Assembly (NCBI RefSeq): GCF_023055435.1
Contig: NW_025963779.1
Span: 42,780,001-42,844,000, forward strand
Direction of reading: 5' to 3'
Length of the DNA: 64,000 nucleotides
From: Haliotis rufescens
Taxonomy: Eukaryota
Below, piece by piece: positions 1 through 12,831 of the stretch. A model generated the notes under the pieces. That model ran no database searches. It was not told where the DNA came from and worked only from the letters and a program-made list of their open reading frames with translations. A program made the translations under genes and the position numbers. The stretch's first letter is position 1. The number at the start of each line of letters is the position of its first letter.

Positions 1-3
1 ACT

Positions 4-70
4 CAAGTGACACCACAGATTGTACAACAAGTGACACCACCACAGATTGTGGAACAAGTGAATTCAGATT
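4..70. repeat. Short tandem repeat, about 3 copies of CAAGTGACACCACAGATTGT-like units
   Basis: Units CAAGTGA...CAGATTGT recur at about 4, 28 and 55. Confidence 0.75.
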
Positions 71-329
71 GTGAATGAGGAAATACCACAAGCCAGAAGA
101 ACCCCTAAAAAATCGCAGCCGGTAGAAAGGGCGGACTGGCGAGGAAAGCGAAACTAATGCATAATTCAAATATTGAACATAGTCGTCCGATTAAAACTTG
201 GGCACTAGTAGGAGTTGTTGCTTTAGCGGTGGTACGGTTGTTTTATAAGACCGGAGAAGAGAAAACGTCACCCCCGATGTCACAACAAGTTCAATTAGAG
301 GTTAGCCCCCATATAATGTTATAAGAAGC

Positions 330-981
330 ATGACTACTCCAGTTACAGACGGTAAAATGTTGGTAAACGCAACTATCATTCAGCGGCTTGGCCATTGGCT
401 ATATCCGTATAGCTAAAATGATTACAAAAGCCACACCACCCAAGCTAGATTTTAATGGTTATGATATCGGTATGATGATTCTTGATATTGGATTAGCAAT
501 GACAACGAAAGATATGCTCATCAAACAAAGGGCTTATCCCAGAAAACATAATGAAGTTATTAAACATTTGAATATATTATATTCATATAAAAATGGCATC
601 AATTGCGATGATGGTTGGTGGAGCTGTTGTTAATGCTCTAGCTTTTTCGGGGAGTAATTTTTTATTTTCTAGCATGAGAGCAGAAACGACATAATAAAGC
701 ATTAGAACAACTCGAAGCAGCCCATTCACAATGGATATTAAGATAAGATTTTATTAATGAAGAACTGCGTAAACAAGGACATTCAATTCAAACGTTTAAG
801 GATGTTGAATCTGCCATGCACGAATACTTCCTCGTTTATGGAAAAAAACTTGCCAAGACCAACAATAAGTCAGTTTTATACACCGTCAGAGGACCAAAAA
901 AAACGCGAGATAGCATTCATAATGTTTGGGTTGACTGGTGTGGCTATTTTAGGTTACACAATAACTACGCATAAACCATGA
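330..981 (+). pseudogene. Two small frameshifted Polinton-associated ORFs (about 330-560 and 592-981) with hydrophobic segments
   Basis: ATG 330 MTTPVTDGKMLVNA...PPKLDFNGYDIGMMILDIGLAMTTKDMLIK; ATG 592 MASIAMMVGGAVVNALAFSGSNFLF...C-terminal IAFIMFGLTGVAILGY. Frames are broken. Confidence 0.5.
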
Positions 982-1357
982 CTCACCAGTGGAGATGTGA
1001 TTTGCATTCAGACAAATGATATGATAGATGTATTACCATTAATCTGTGCAGATTTACACTCATGGGGAAGCCGACTCAATGCAACCGACGTTCTGTTGGT
1101 ATTTACTGTGGCATCCACTCTAAATACATCAGGCGGGGAAACATTAACTATACATGTTCTGTATGTCGGATAGGGGTCAAAGGTTGTTATTGTTTATGTA
1201 AGAAACAAGGTGCTGATAGGGTCAGGAACCAGATTATTTACGCTAGGTAGAGAAATTTCATCAATGAAAGGAATAGGTTTGGGAGAATACGTATTTGGAT
1301 ATATGAAAAACAACCAATTAGACATTTCACTCATTTTGCATATACCATTAAACCACA

Positions 1358-3780
1358 ATGGTTTTTGTCAGAGAGTTGAAGGCTTTAGCAAAACAATGTG
1401 GTCTACATGGATATTCTCGAATGAGAAAAGCTGAATTGATCGATTTACTCGGTTTAGAATACAACAAACCCAAGACTGTTAGAGAACTCAAAACGCAAGC
1501 AAAAAACAGTAGGCTGAGAGGTTATTCTCGAATGAGAAAAGCTGAATTGATCGCTTTACTAGATAATAATCAACCCGATGATGTTGATAAAAAACAACAA
1601 GACGATGTTGATAAAAAACAACAAGAATTAAAATTTGTACCCACATCCGCCAGCATTGGTAAATATCTAAGAGGTTGGAAGATGGATATTAATTCCAACA
1701 TGGATGTTAATGATGTTAAGCCCATCGTATCGAGCAAAATTAACGAGGAATTAGATGATTTACATAGTATAAAATACCAGCTGACGATTAAAATGTCATT
1801 GAGTAAAAGTAGCGCAGACGATAGCACTGAATATACCGAACCATATTTCCCGAGCAATCAAGAAGTTATAACTGAATCTGATACTATAAACACATCATTA
1901 GATACATCAATTCAGAGGATACAGGAAACTTTAGAACGCTGGACTAATAGAGGTTCAGGTTGGGGTGTGGATAAAATCGATAGTTTATATTTAGATATTG
2001 CAAATTATATTCCCTTCAAAGGTGGATCTTATATAGACAAGCATCCGGATAGACCTTCTAGCTATCCCCAAAACGATGGACTCAACTTTGATGGTATAGA
2101 CAAACCTACACCAATATCACAAATTGATAAGGTGGAAAAGCAAAATAATTTAGCTATAAATGTTTTCTGACATTCTAAAGGAAATGTTGTACACAGGATA
2201 AGCTTCGCTCCAGAACATATTTCCAGAATCAATTCATTTCTGATCGAAAAAGATGGAAAATTTATCGCGTAAGAAACCCATGTGTATGACAAGGGATGAT
2301 TGGAGGGCCTATAAGAAGTCAACGAGTTGTCATGTTTGTAATAAACCCCTGAATGGGGATTCCGTAAGAGATCATTGTCACGTCACGGGTAATTATTGAG
2401 GAGCCGCCCATAACGAGTGTAACTTGAAACTAAAAATGAATTCTCAAACAATACCCATCCCCGTTGTGTTTCATAACCTTAGAGGATACGATTCACATCT
2501 CATTATGCAAGCTATCTCAAAGACCGACGGCGACTTAACGTGCATTCCTTATAATATGGAAAAAATATATATCATTCTCGTTGACTAAAACTATACATTA
2601 TACGGACAAGGATGGGAAAGCCAGAATAAAGCAAAGTAATGGACTTAGATTCATAGACTCCGTACAGTTTCTGTTATCTTCCCTGGACAATTTAGCTAAT
2701 GCGAACAATCCCGATGACTTTGTGATAACAAATAAATATACTGATCGGTGCCGTCATTTGTTGCTGAGAAAAGGTGTATATCCTTACGAATATATGGATG
2801 ATTGGTCTAGATTCGATGAAACTAAATTACTGCCCCTTGAATCCTTCTATAGTAACTTAACAGAATCTAAAATAACAGATGCCGATTATGAACACACTCT
2901 GACGGTCTGGGATAAATTAGGTTGTAAGAATTTAGGTGATTATCACGATCTGTACTTAAAAACCGATGTACTGTTACTGGCCGATATATTCGAGATATTT
3001 AGAAAGACATGTTTAAAACAATACGGCTTGGATTCCAGTCCTGGACTATCGTGTGATGCATTGTTGAAGAAGACCGGTGTAGAACTAAAACTACTCACCG
3101 ATTACGATATGCACTTTTTTATTGAGAAAGGATTAAGAGGTGGTATATTGAAAAGGTATTCTAAGGCTAATAACAAATTAGTGGAAGGATATGATCCAAG
3201 TAAACCCGACACGCATATATTATATCTCGACGCCAGCAATTTGTACGGATGGGCTGTGAGTCAACCTTTACCCACGGGTGGTTTTGAGTGGGTCGAAGTG
3301 AATGATTTCAATGTGAATGATGCGAATAAAGGGTACATACTAGAAGTTGACTTGGAATATCCAAATTCGTTACATAAAGATCATAACAGTTATCCGCTAG
3401 CTCCCGAAAGATTAATGGTTAATAAAGATTGGATGTCGGAATATCAACGCTCCTTGATGGGTAATACAAGGTTAGCTAACGTAGAAAAACTCATACCAAA
3501 TTTGATGGATAAGACAAAATATATAGTTCACTACAGAAATCTCCAGTTATATCTATCGTTAGGTATGAAACTAAAGAAAATACACAGAGTTCTTAAGTTT
3601 GATCAAAGCCCTTGGATGGAGCCCTATATAAGGCTGAACACAGATTTAAGAAAGATAGCTACCAGCGATTTTGAAAAGAATCTATATAAGCTCATGAATA
3701 ACTCAGTATTTGGTAAAACTATGGAGAATCTAAGGAAGCGTGTTGATGTTAAATTGGTCAGATCTAATGAGGAAGAAATC
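1358..3780 (+). pseudogene. Protein-primed DNA polymerase B of Polinton type, frameshifted and C-terminally truncated
   Basis: Two N-terminal ELKxxAK..L.GYSRMRKAELI repeats; endonuclease VII-like CHVC...RDHCH...AHNECN at about 2328-2425; FHNLRGYD, FIDS, RKGVYPYEYMD, YLDASNLYG and KLMNNSVFGK motifs; the DTDS motif is absent. Confidence 0.9.
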
Positions 3781-4418
3781 TTCCTGATTAATCTCGTTAC
3801 TTCATTATTCAGCGCTGATACAACAGCTGATAATCATGTCACCCATTCGGTTGATCTCAATCGCTCGGATTTCATTTCGATCCCATATTGATAGCCAAAC
3901 AAACGTTCCGCTAATGTCCGGTTAAATCTTTCGACGATAGCTTGACTACGGTGGGCCTCTTTTTCACCACGCCTGATTTCGACATCGTGCTTTGTTACCG
4001 ATCCCATAAATTCAGGACCAGGATCTACTTGAAATAGCTTAGGCCATTTTAGTGGTCCGCGTTTATATATGCGGCTCAGTGCATTAGCTATTTCTGTTGA
4101 ATCTTTCGAGGTTAATGGCTCAGCCTCTTTGTATCGACTAGCCACATCCACTACGGTTAAAGCGTATTTATACATTTTGCGTCTTACCTTATCGTGGGGA
4201 AGAAACAAGAGGTCAGCCTGATGAACTTCATTCGTTGTAAAAATATCAAACTTCTTCCTCGGTATATTAAGCGGTGCTGGTAAGTATATTTGCCACATCG
4301 CTTGTTTCTTTAACCAATCCTTGGCCACATCTTTAGATACCTTAGCCGTGCTGGCTAATTTTTTTATTGCTCCTATACCTTTCCAATATCCTCGTGGGCT
4401 ATAGTAAATTTTATTCAT
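3781..4418 (-). pseudogene. Retroviral-like (rve) integrase of the Polinton, truncated
   Basis: HQADL, LTVVDVASRY, VDPGPEF and VERFNRTL motifs. Homology continues past the stop at 3834 (LSAVVSALNNEVTRL) to about 3781. Confidence 0.9.
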
Positions 4419-5720
4419 TATTAATTGATATTGATATTTCTTTTAATATGACTCATGACTATCGTTAAATCACATCAGCGTTTACACATAAAAAATTCCC
4501 CCTGTAGTAGCAGTATAGGTATATAAATCTGGCTCCAGTGGAGTTGCGGCAGAACCCCCATTACCTATCCTACTGATGATCTTTGTGTGACTTTGTGCAT
4601 CACAATTATGTACGGCTGTAAATGCTCTATGAAAGGGAATGAGTTGGCAGGACAGGTTACATGATCAGGTAGCATGCGGTCCATGCATTGTATGAGCATG
4701 TGGTGAAAGTGGTGGCCATGGTTATGGCTTGGGTTTGTGTGGCCGAGGTGCTTTTAAAAGCTGGAAACATTAGGATTGATTGAGATGGGAGAAATGCTAA
4801 GTGTGAGATGATAAGTATTGTAAATTTTACAACAAATTGTGTATTTATAATATCAGCATGCACACTGCTTGAAATCTTCCCCAAAAATATGCTACCTTAA
4901 CTTGTCAAAATCCTTCGAAGAACACCACCTATGAAACAAAGTCTCCTTTTCCCCATTAAACTTTTATTATCGACCCTTTTCTTTGACAGCCTACATTTAC
5001 TGCCTGTGTGCCTCAGGTACCTCATCTTAAGTCTTGACAAAAAGCCTTTTTCACCTGATCATAACCAAATTTCTTCTGATTAGACTTCTTTTGTTCCCGC
5101 CTTTTAGAAAAGGCAAGAACAAATTGTCCAGGTTTTTTTTCTTGAAAAGGAGGGACAAATCTGACATTTTAGTTGCATGATTGGAATTTTGTTGGCATTG
5201 TTATGCATTATTGGCAGGAGTAGGTATAGGTTAAATATATGTACATTGGTAGTACAAAACTAAACACAAAGTAGACACAATTCCCAACAAATGTTGCATT
5301 TGTGATATGGTGTAGGTGCACTCACTAACGTTCTCCATTCTTGAATCCAGAATAATTAAAGGGCTTGTTACTTATTGCTGTTGCCACTTATTTGACCCAA
5401 TGTATTTTCATTTTGGTTGTATGGTCATCAGTTGAATATAAACATGATCTTTTATTGTCAAATGCACTATTTTTGTGGACTTATATAATGAATTTGGCAT
5501 GTACACACATAAATTGTCAACGGTTGTAACAACTACTCACCATTAATTCAATAATATCACACAAACTTTTGAAATACATGACTATGCTTAACCCTTTTCT
5601 GATTTCTTTGATCAGTGAGGATTGTGTGGTGTGACTACTTCATCTACGAACCAGTAACAAAATGACTATAAGTTGCATTATTACCCGAAAAACTGCCTAT
5701 TAAATTTGTAAACATTGTGT

Positions 5721-5847
5721 GCCATACTCTTATTTCGGTTGTTATAAGTTAGTGTTTCACATTCACCATTCCGTGTTTCTGCTCCTCCATTAAAAGTCTG
5801 GGCTTCCGCCAAGTGTAACGAAGCAGCAGTGTTTGTCTTTATTGGCG
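5721..5847 (+). repeat. gypsy-1 5' LTR
   Basis: Matches 11147-11274 with about 5 substitutions and 1 indel; exact termini unclear. Confidence 0.85.
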
Positions 5848-5858
5848 TGGTGGCAGCG
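5848..5858 (+). promoter_or_regulatory. Primer-binding site, probably tRNA-Leu
   Basis: TGGTGGCAGCG directly after the LTR is complementary to a tRNA-Leu-type 3' end (CGCTGCCACCA). Confidence 0.7.
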
Positions 5859-6078
5859 CGGTCTAACCCACACAAGAAGAGAAGAGTTCAACACAACGAG
5901 CATCTTTAACACTGCTCACCTTCATATACACACGTAAACAGACATTAATCACGCTGTAACTGAATGATACAGCTCGCTTCTTCGCTACGCTCCGTGTAAG
6001 TTTGTCTGTCAAGAGTTACCTCCCTTCCATCGCACATCGCATCAAATATTGATCCTCGCACAAACCCTTACTGTAAAA

Positions 6079-9000
6079 ATGGCCACACAGCGAGCTCCAA
6101 AACAATGGCAACTCACTACAAATGAAACAATTAACTCATTTGAAAATTGGAGGCAGAACCTCATATATATATTATCCCTTGACAATAACTTCGCGACGTT
6201 TTTGGCAGAGGGATTCACATGGCAGAAGAAAACATCAAATAATCTCTCTCAGAGGCCTCACTGACGATGGGGAGGAAATTGCCGAAGCTAGACGTAAAAC
6301 TGCAGCTCAGAAGAACGCTCAACTCGATCTTATACTTGGTTAAGTTGCCAATTATTGCTCTATAATTTCCCGCAACTCAATCATAAAAAATTCTGTGTCT
6401 CTCCCCGATATCTGGCAGAAAATACGGCAGCATTATGGATTCCAATCCACAGGTGCACATTTTCTCAACTTTGCAAGCATTTCTCTCAAACCTGCAGAAA
6501 AGCCTGAGGATTTATTTCAAAGACTTATGGCCTTCATTGAGGATAACCTTCTGTCATCTGATGGTGGTATTACTCACCATGGTGAGCAGGTTACAACTGA
6601 TGAAGATTTAACCCCAACTCTTGAGAACATTATTGTTATTCAGTGGCTCCAACTAATCCATCCGGGCTTATCTCAGGTAGTGAAACAAAAATATGGTTCT
6701 GAGCTACGAAAAAAACCCATAGCATCTCTCAAACCTGAAATTTCACAGGCACTCTCGTCACTACTAGATGAGCTCCGTACCATTGAAGACACAAAAGTCC
6801 TTCACTCCTCTTCCAGTGGCAACAGCTACAGGTTTCAGTCTCAGTCTCGCAACCAGACCAAACGTCGGGCCCTGACCAGTTGCATACTCTGCCAGTCCGC
6901 CGGTCGTCCCATAACATTAAGACATGCAGATTTCTACCTGAAACAGACCGCCTGAGTCTTGGTCTTTCACGCCTTGTCACTGACGTTTGTGAAGACATAG
7001 ATGACCTGCGATACTCAGACAAGGAACCGGAAGCTCAAGTCCACAATGTGGATGTTTTATTCGATCACCCCTCTGTCAACAGAGTAGACGTCATACAATC
7101 TCCCGTTCTTTTCGCTCACTACCACCAACATGCAGTTAAGCTTACACTTGACACGGGCGCCACAACAAATATGATCACAGATTCGTTGGCACGAGCCATA
7201 CACTTGCCTATCAAACCTGCATCTCAGTCAGCTCGTCAAGCCGATGGTATTATACCACTTAAAGTCATTGGGGAGACGCACTGCGAACTTACTAGGGGAG
7301 ATCATAGTTTCACCTTGGATGCCTTAGTCGTGAAAGATCTTGACGTTGATATCATAGCTGGAATTCCTTTGATGTCCCGTAATGACATATCTACGAGACC
7401 TGCCAAACGCCAGATAGTCATTTCTGGAAATGAAGTGATCCATTACAGACCCCCACAGGGGAGAGATGTGACAATCAGAAGGACTCAGGCGATCCTACTA
7501 CGAGCCCCATCTAGGCCAACAGTTCTTCTACCTGGAGAGTATGTTCAGCTGGAAATGCCAAGAGATGTCACTCCTGACTCTAAATGGGCACTTGAACCAC
7601 GACTTGCCAGCCCTCTCAATTCATGTCGTAAGTCTGAAAGTGCCTGGCCTCCTGTTCAGGAGATTGAGTCTGTCGGTCGTACAGTAAGGATTTCTAATAC
7701 ATCTCCTGACCCCCTGGTCCTGAGGAAGAATGAACATTTGTGTCAAATCAGAGAAGTAACTTCTCCAGTACCCAGAGGGAGTGAGGCACATCCTTCCACA
7801 GTGAAACCTCAACCGACTATCAACACCCCACCCTATTCAAGCCAGGTACTCCTTGACCCTGACAATATCCTTCCACCCACAATTCGACGCGAGTTTGAAT
7901 CCCTGCATCTCAAATATGACACCGTTTTTGATCCTTCACTCTCAAAATATAATGGTGCTAGTGGCAAGATTGAAGCTGTGGTCAATATGGGCCCCACTCT
8001 TCCCCCACAAAGGAAAGGCCGCCTCCCAGGATACAATAGGGAAATGCTCCTAGAACTTCAAAAACAATTTGATGAGCTTGAATCTTGTGGAGTTTTTTCA
8101 AAGCCTGAGAAGGTTAGTGTCAGCGTCAAATACTTGAATCTCTCTTTTCTTGTCCAAAAGCCAAATGGTGGGAAGCGTCTTGTAACATCATTCGGTGAAG
8201 TGGCCCGTTACAGCAAACCTCAACCTTCACTGATGCCAAACATTGAAGACATCTTACGAGACATTGGGAAGTGGACTTACATTATCAAGTCTGACTTGTT
8301 AAAGGCTTTTTACCAAATTCCTCTCTCACACCAGTCAATGAAGTACTGTGGAGTTGTTACTCCCTTCAAGGGCGTGCGTGTGTATACTCGGTGTGCCATG
8401 GGCATGCCCGGATCCAAGACTTGCCTTGAGGAGTTGATGTGCCGTGTGTTGGGTCATCTGATTGAAGAAGGCCGTGTCATCAAGCTAGCCGATGACCTGT
8501 TTTGCGGAGGGGCTACTTCTGATGAAGCTCTTTACAACTGGGAACAAGTGCTACACGCCCTAAAAGAGAATAACCTCCAACTTCCAAGACAGTTATCTGC
8601 CCAAAGTCTACAACAATCCTCAGTTGGATTTGGTCCCAAGGAAGTCCACATCGGGTACCAGCACTTTCATCAGTCACTCTTCCATCAACTGTACAGGGTT
8701 TACGTTCTTTCATTGGTGCCTTTAAAGTGCTCAGCCGAGTTCTCCATGGCTACACTAGTGTCCTCAACCCTTTGGATCAGGCTGTGGCTGGAAAACAGTC
8801 CCAAGACAAAGTAGAATGGTCTGATAGCCTCACTCAAGCATTCGTTAAGGCCCAGTCAACTCTTAAGGACTGCAGAACGATTACCATTCCTCGTCCAACA
8901 GACAGTCTTTGGATAGTAACGGATGCATCTCTCAAATTGGGTGGATTAGCTGCGACATTGTATGCCAAACGACAAGACAAACTGCTCCTTTCAGGCTTCT

Positions 9001-11052
9001 TCAACGCAAAACTGAAAAAGAATCAGAAAAATTGGCTGCCATGTGAAATTGAGGCTTTGGCTATTGGAGCAGCTGTGAAACACTTCTCTCCTGTCATCAT
9101 CCAGTCGAAGCACCCGATACAAGTCCTGACTGACAGCCGTCCCTGTGTGCAGGCCTACGAGAAACTTACAAGAGGAGAGTTCTCTGCCAGCTCCTGCGTG
9201 ACTACATTTCTATCGACAGTCAGTCGGTACAATGTGCAGGTCAGACACATATCAGGAGCAGCAAACCTTCCATCTGACTACACTAGCCGCAATCCTGTGG
9301 ATTGTTTTGACCAGAGCTGCCAGATATGTAAATTCATTCAGGACACTGATGCCTCAGTTGTCCTTGGACTGTCAGTAAAGGATGTCTTACAACATGGAGC
9401 ACGAATGCCCTTCACAAGCAGAGCTGCTTGGATGGACACACAGCAAGAGTGTCCTGACATGCGCCGAACACATGCCCATCCCTCTCAGGGAACCCGGCCT
9501 TCTAAGAAAGAAACAACCATACCTGATGTAAAAACAATACCTCCGTGTGGTTTCAATCGCACGTGATGGTTTGCTTATTGTCAAGGAAACACTGCCATTC
9601 CAGTCTCCTATTGAACGTATTGTTGTTCCTAAGTCTGTTGTCGATGGTCTCATCACTGCTTTACATCTCAGGTTTGACCATCCTTCGAGACATCAACTAA
9701 GGATGTTATTCAATCGCTACTTGTTTCCTTTGGATGTTGACCGGGCCATTGACCATGTCACCTCATCTTGCCATCTCTGTGTGTCCCTACTCTCGGTGCC
9801 CAAATATCTACAACCCCAGACTTCAGACCCCCCTCCTGAAAAGATTGGATCCTCATTCGCATCTGATGTGATGCGCCAGTACAAACAACTTGTATTTGTC
9901 CTCAGAGAGATTGTGTCGTCTTACTCATGGGCTATGACAATACCCAACGAGCAACATGACAGTCTACGGGACGCTATTGTAACCCTATCTGCAGGCGTCC
10001 GTAACATTGGGGATGGTGGTTCCCTTATTCGTGTTGACCCAGCGCCAGGATTTGTCAGCCTCGTCAAGGATCCTCTGCTTGCGAAATATGGAATTTCACT
10101 TATCATTGGTTATGAAAAGAACATCAACAAGAACCCCGTTGCAGAACGAGCTATACAGGAACTCAGAACAGAAATTTTGCATCTGTCACCCGAAGGTGGA
10201 CCACTTTCCAACACCATGCTGGCATTAGCAGTAGCTAACATGAATGCCAGACTACGTAAAGGTGGATTGTCATCAAGAGAGGTCTGGACACAAAGAGACC
10301 AGGTCACTTGCAGTCAGTTACCATTAGCAGATGCAGACCTCATCACCCAACAGAAAGACCTGCGAGAAATAAACCACCCCTACAGTTCAAGATCAAAAGC
10401 CAACGTTAAGACCGGGACCTCAGTACCTAGTTTACGCATCGGAGATCTCGTTTTCCTTGTCCATGACAAAGACAAAACCAAAACAAGAGGGAAATACATG
10501 ATACATGATACATGATCTGGTGAGTCTTGCCTAGTCAGGAAATTTACCAAATCGCAGTTCAGGTCAAAGACATATGCTGTTCCGATCAGGAACTGTTACC
10601 CTGTTCTCCCGACTGTAATGGTTCCTGACTCTCCTGGTCCTATACGTGGACTAGATAACACCACTGAGGATGACTCATCCCATCTGTGTCACCCACCGCT
10701 TTCTGTCTGTGAACCCTCACCTATGATGGGCCCTTCTCAGTGTCTACCTCCCCTCCCAGAACAAATAGTTCAACCACCTCAGCGGCCTCCAGAATACTGC
10801 CCTACAGATCAAGCCCCAACCACCAGTTCAGGCCAAGGTATACCCACTGACCAAACGTACAATGACCAGACTGTGTCAAGTGACTATGGCCCCACTTTGC
10901 AAAGTGAGAGTGAACTTGTTTCACCTAGTGACGTTGAAACTGTCACACCCAGTGAAATGGACTGTGTGGTATCAAATAATGGTACACGAAGATCAGGCAG
11001 AATTCGCCATCCTCCTGCTTGGCAGAGTAGCGGGGACTGGGACATTAATTGA
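6079..11052 (+). pseudogene. gypsy-1 gag-pol, several frameshifts and stops
   Basis: CILC...H....C knuckle, protease LDTGA, RT KAFYQIP/MGMPGS/KLADD, RNase [19 protein letters not shown], integrase H..H..CHLC, VDPAPG and NPVAE, split across 7 ORFs. Confidence 0.92.
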
Positions 11053-11117
11053 CTCTTTTGTACGATATAACATGTGCTTTATTGTGTTCATTTTGTAAGT
11101 ATCTCACCCTTAGAACC

Positions 11118-11139
11118 AGAGGGAAAGAGGAGAGAAAGA
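11118..11139 (+). promoter_or_regulatory. Polypurine tract of gypsy-1
   Basis: AGAGGGAAAGAGGAGAGAAAGA immediately before TG at 11140. Confidence 0.85.
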
Positions 11140-11274
11140 TGGTCACGCCATTACTCTTATTTCGTTTGTTATAAGTTAGTGTTTCACATTCACCATTCTG
11201 TGTTTTTGCTCCTCCATTAAACGTCTGGGCTTCCGCCAAGTGTAATGAAGCAGCAGTGTTTGTCTTTATTGGCG
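11140..11274 (+). repeat. gypsy-1 3' LTR
   Basis: Starts with TG after the PPT; direct repeat of 5721-5847. Confidence 0.85.
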
Positions 11275-11834
11275 ATGAACCTTTTTGTGATTATTATTTA
11301 TCTAAATGAAACAATTAAACAATGAATACTACTTGATTATATTGAGAAAATATTAAAGTTGTGTTTTCACAGTGTTCATAACATCTGCAAACCATGCATC
11401 CACACGGTTTACGATAACTCACAATTAGCCACTTTATGCATTGTTTATACTAGCATATCCTACGACTTGTCAACTCGACAATCATGGGGAGTATTAGGGA
11501 CCTAGTATTGCCTATTTCCCCACAGGGGTAACATAAGTATATTGATGTATGATTATATGCAAGGTATCAAAACTGGAAATTTTCCAGTAATTTTGTTTTT
11601 AAGTGTATCGAGATGCTAAATAAACTAAACCTGAGCTAACCCAATAATACATTATATGTAATATAAAATGGCCAAAAGTAACATGGCTTAAATCTAGGGT
11701 TTAACTCGGTGGTTATGCTGGGATGGTAAAATCCATGGGAAGAGAGGTGAAGAAAAGTAAAATCTGAGAGTAAATACTCAAATATTACTCAAAATTCATG
11801 AATTCATAAGCATGTCATTTGAAACTAAATGCAC

Positions 11835-11841
<7 letters not shown>

Positions 11842-11900
<59 letters not shown>
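11842..11900. repeat. (TA)n microsatellite
   Basis: Direct reading. Confidence 0.98.
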
Positions 11901-11903
<3 letters not shown>

Positions 11904-11918
11904 AAATAATTTCTAAGT

Positions 11919-12230
11919 ATGGGCTGTACAGTTGAATCACCCACCCTATACAGCCCAGACTTAGCCCCCAGTGACTATTTCCTGTTCTGGCAAATGAAAT
12001 CTGCCCTACGTGGAAGAAGCCTCCAGGATGACGAGGACATAAAGGCTGCCACAGAGGAGTGGTTAGAGGGCCAATCTGCGGATTTCTATAAAAATGGTAT
12101 TAAAAGCTTGAAGGAAAAATGGAATAAGTGTATTGAGGTGAATGGAGATTATATTGAAAAATAAAAGTGCAAAAGATATTCTGCGACTTGGTCTTATATT
12201 GAAGTTGCAAAACTTACTGAACATCCCTCG
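11919..12230 (+). mobile_element. mariner 3' fragment (transposase C-terminus and probable right TIR)
   Basis: YSPDLAPSDYFLF and WNKCIEVNGDYIEK; ends in AACTTACTGAACATCCCTCG followed by TA. Confidence 0.88.
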
Positions 12231-12831
12231 TATGTCAGATGTTCTGGTATTTATGAAAATCTGAGTTTTCTTGCAGTAGATCCTGGAGACTTGGGGGTTA
12301 AGGTACTCATGAATTCCATATGAGGAGTATTAGGGCAGGGAAAGACACTCCCCCCATTGGAATGTGTTAGTTGTTCTCTATTTACTGTTTCAACCTATGC
12401 TCATATCTTTGGAGCTTTTTTTGTTCAAAATTGCAATCGCACTGACAATACTAGTCAGCAGTGTACCAGCAGAACAAGATTTGCAAAACAATTCAGATCC
12501 ACACGGCCACTTGGAATCGTCTTAGTCAAAAACAACTGAACAATCTAATCTTGAACATTCATGCTGGTGTAATAACATTTCACAAGTTTGCAATCTGTTA
12601 AGAAATAAAATAAGAAAACTCTGAGTTGCAGACTGTATTTATTGACTATTGGATCAGGTTTTTTATTACGGTGCCTGTATCCACATCTATAATAACAAAA
12701 GCCAGTGGAAACATTGTCCTGTTGGCCTTAAATACTGTTAGTGCAGATGTGAGTGTCAGGATCTTGCAAGCAGAATTCTGAGCAAACAAAATTTGAGGCA
12801 TTAACTGCAGAAAACCAAATCTGTATATATA

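Larger units (their letters stand above)
1..4420. mobile_element. Polinton/Maverick (adintovirus-like) remnant, internally deleted and decayed
   Basis: Protein-primed family-B polymerase (+) converging on an rve integrase (-), plus tightly packed small ORFs. No TIR, capsid or ATPase recognised in the window. Confidence 0.85.
5716..11274 (+). mobile_element. Ty3/gypsy LTR retrotransposon (gypsy-1), full length but decayed
   Basis: About 130-bp direct repeats at 5721-5847 and 11140-11274; PBS; PPT; gag-PR-RT-RH-IN domain order. Confidence 0.92.

Noticed and set aside
3834-3891. Antisense overlap of PolB and integrase ORFs
   Set aside because: Read-through across a deletion junction
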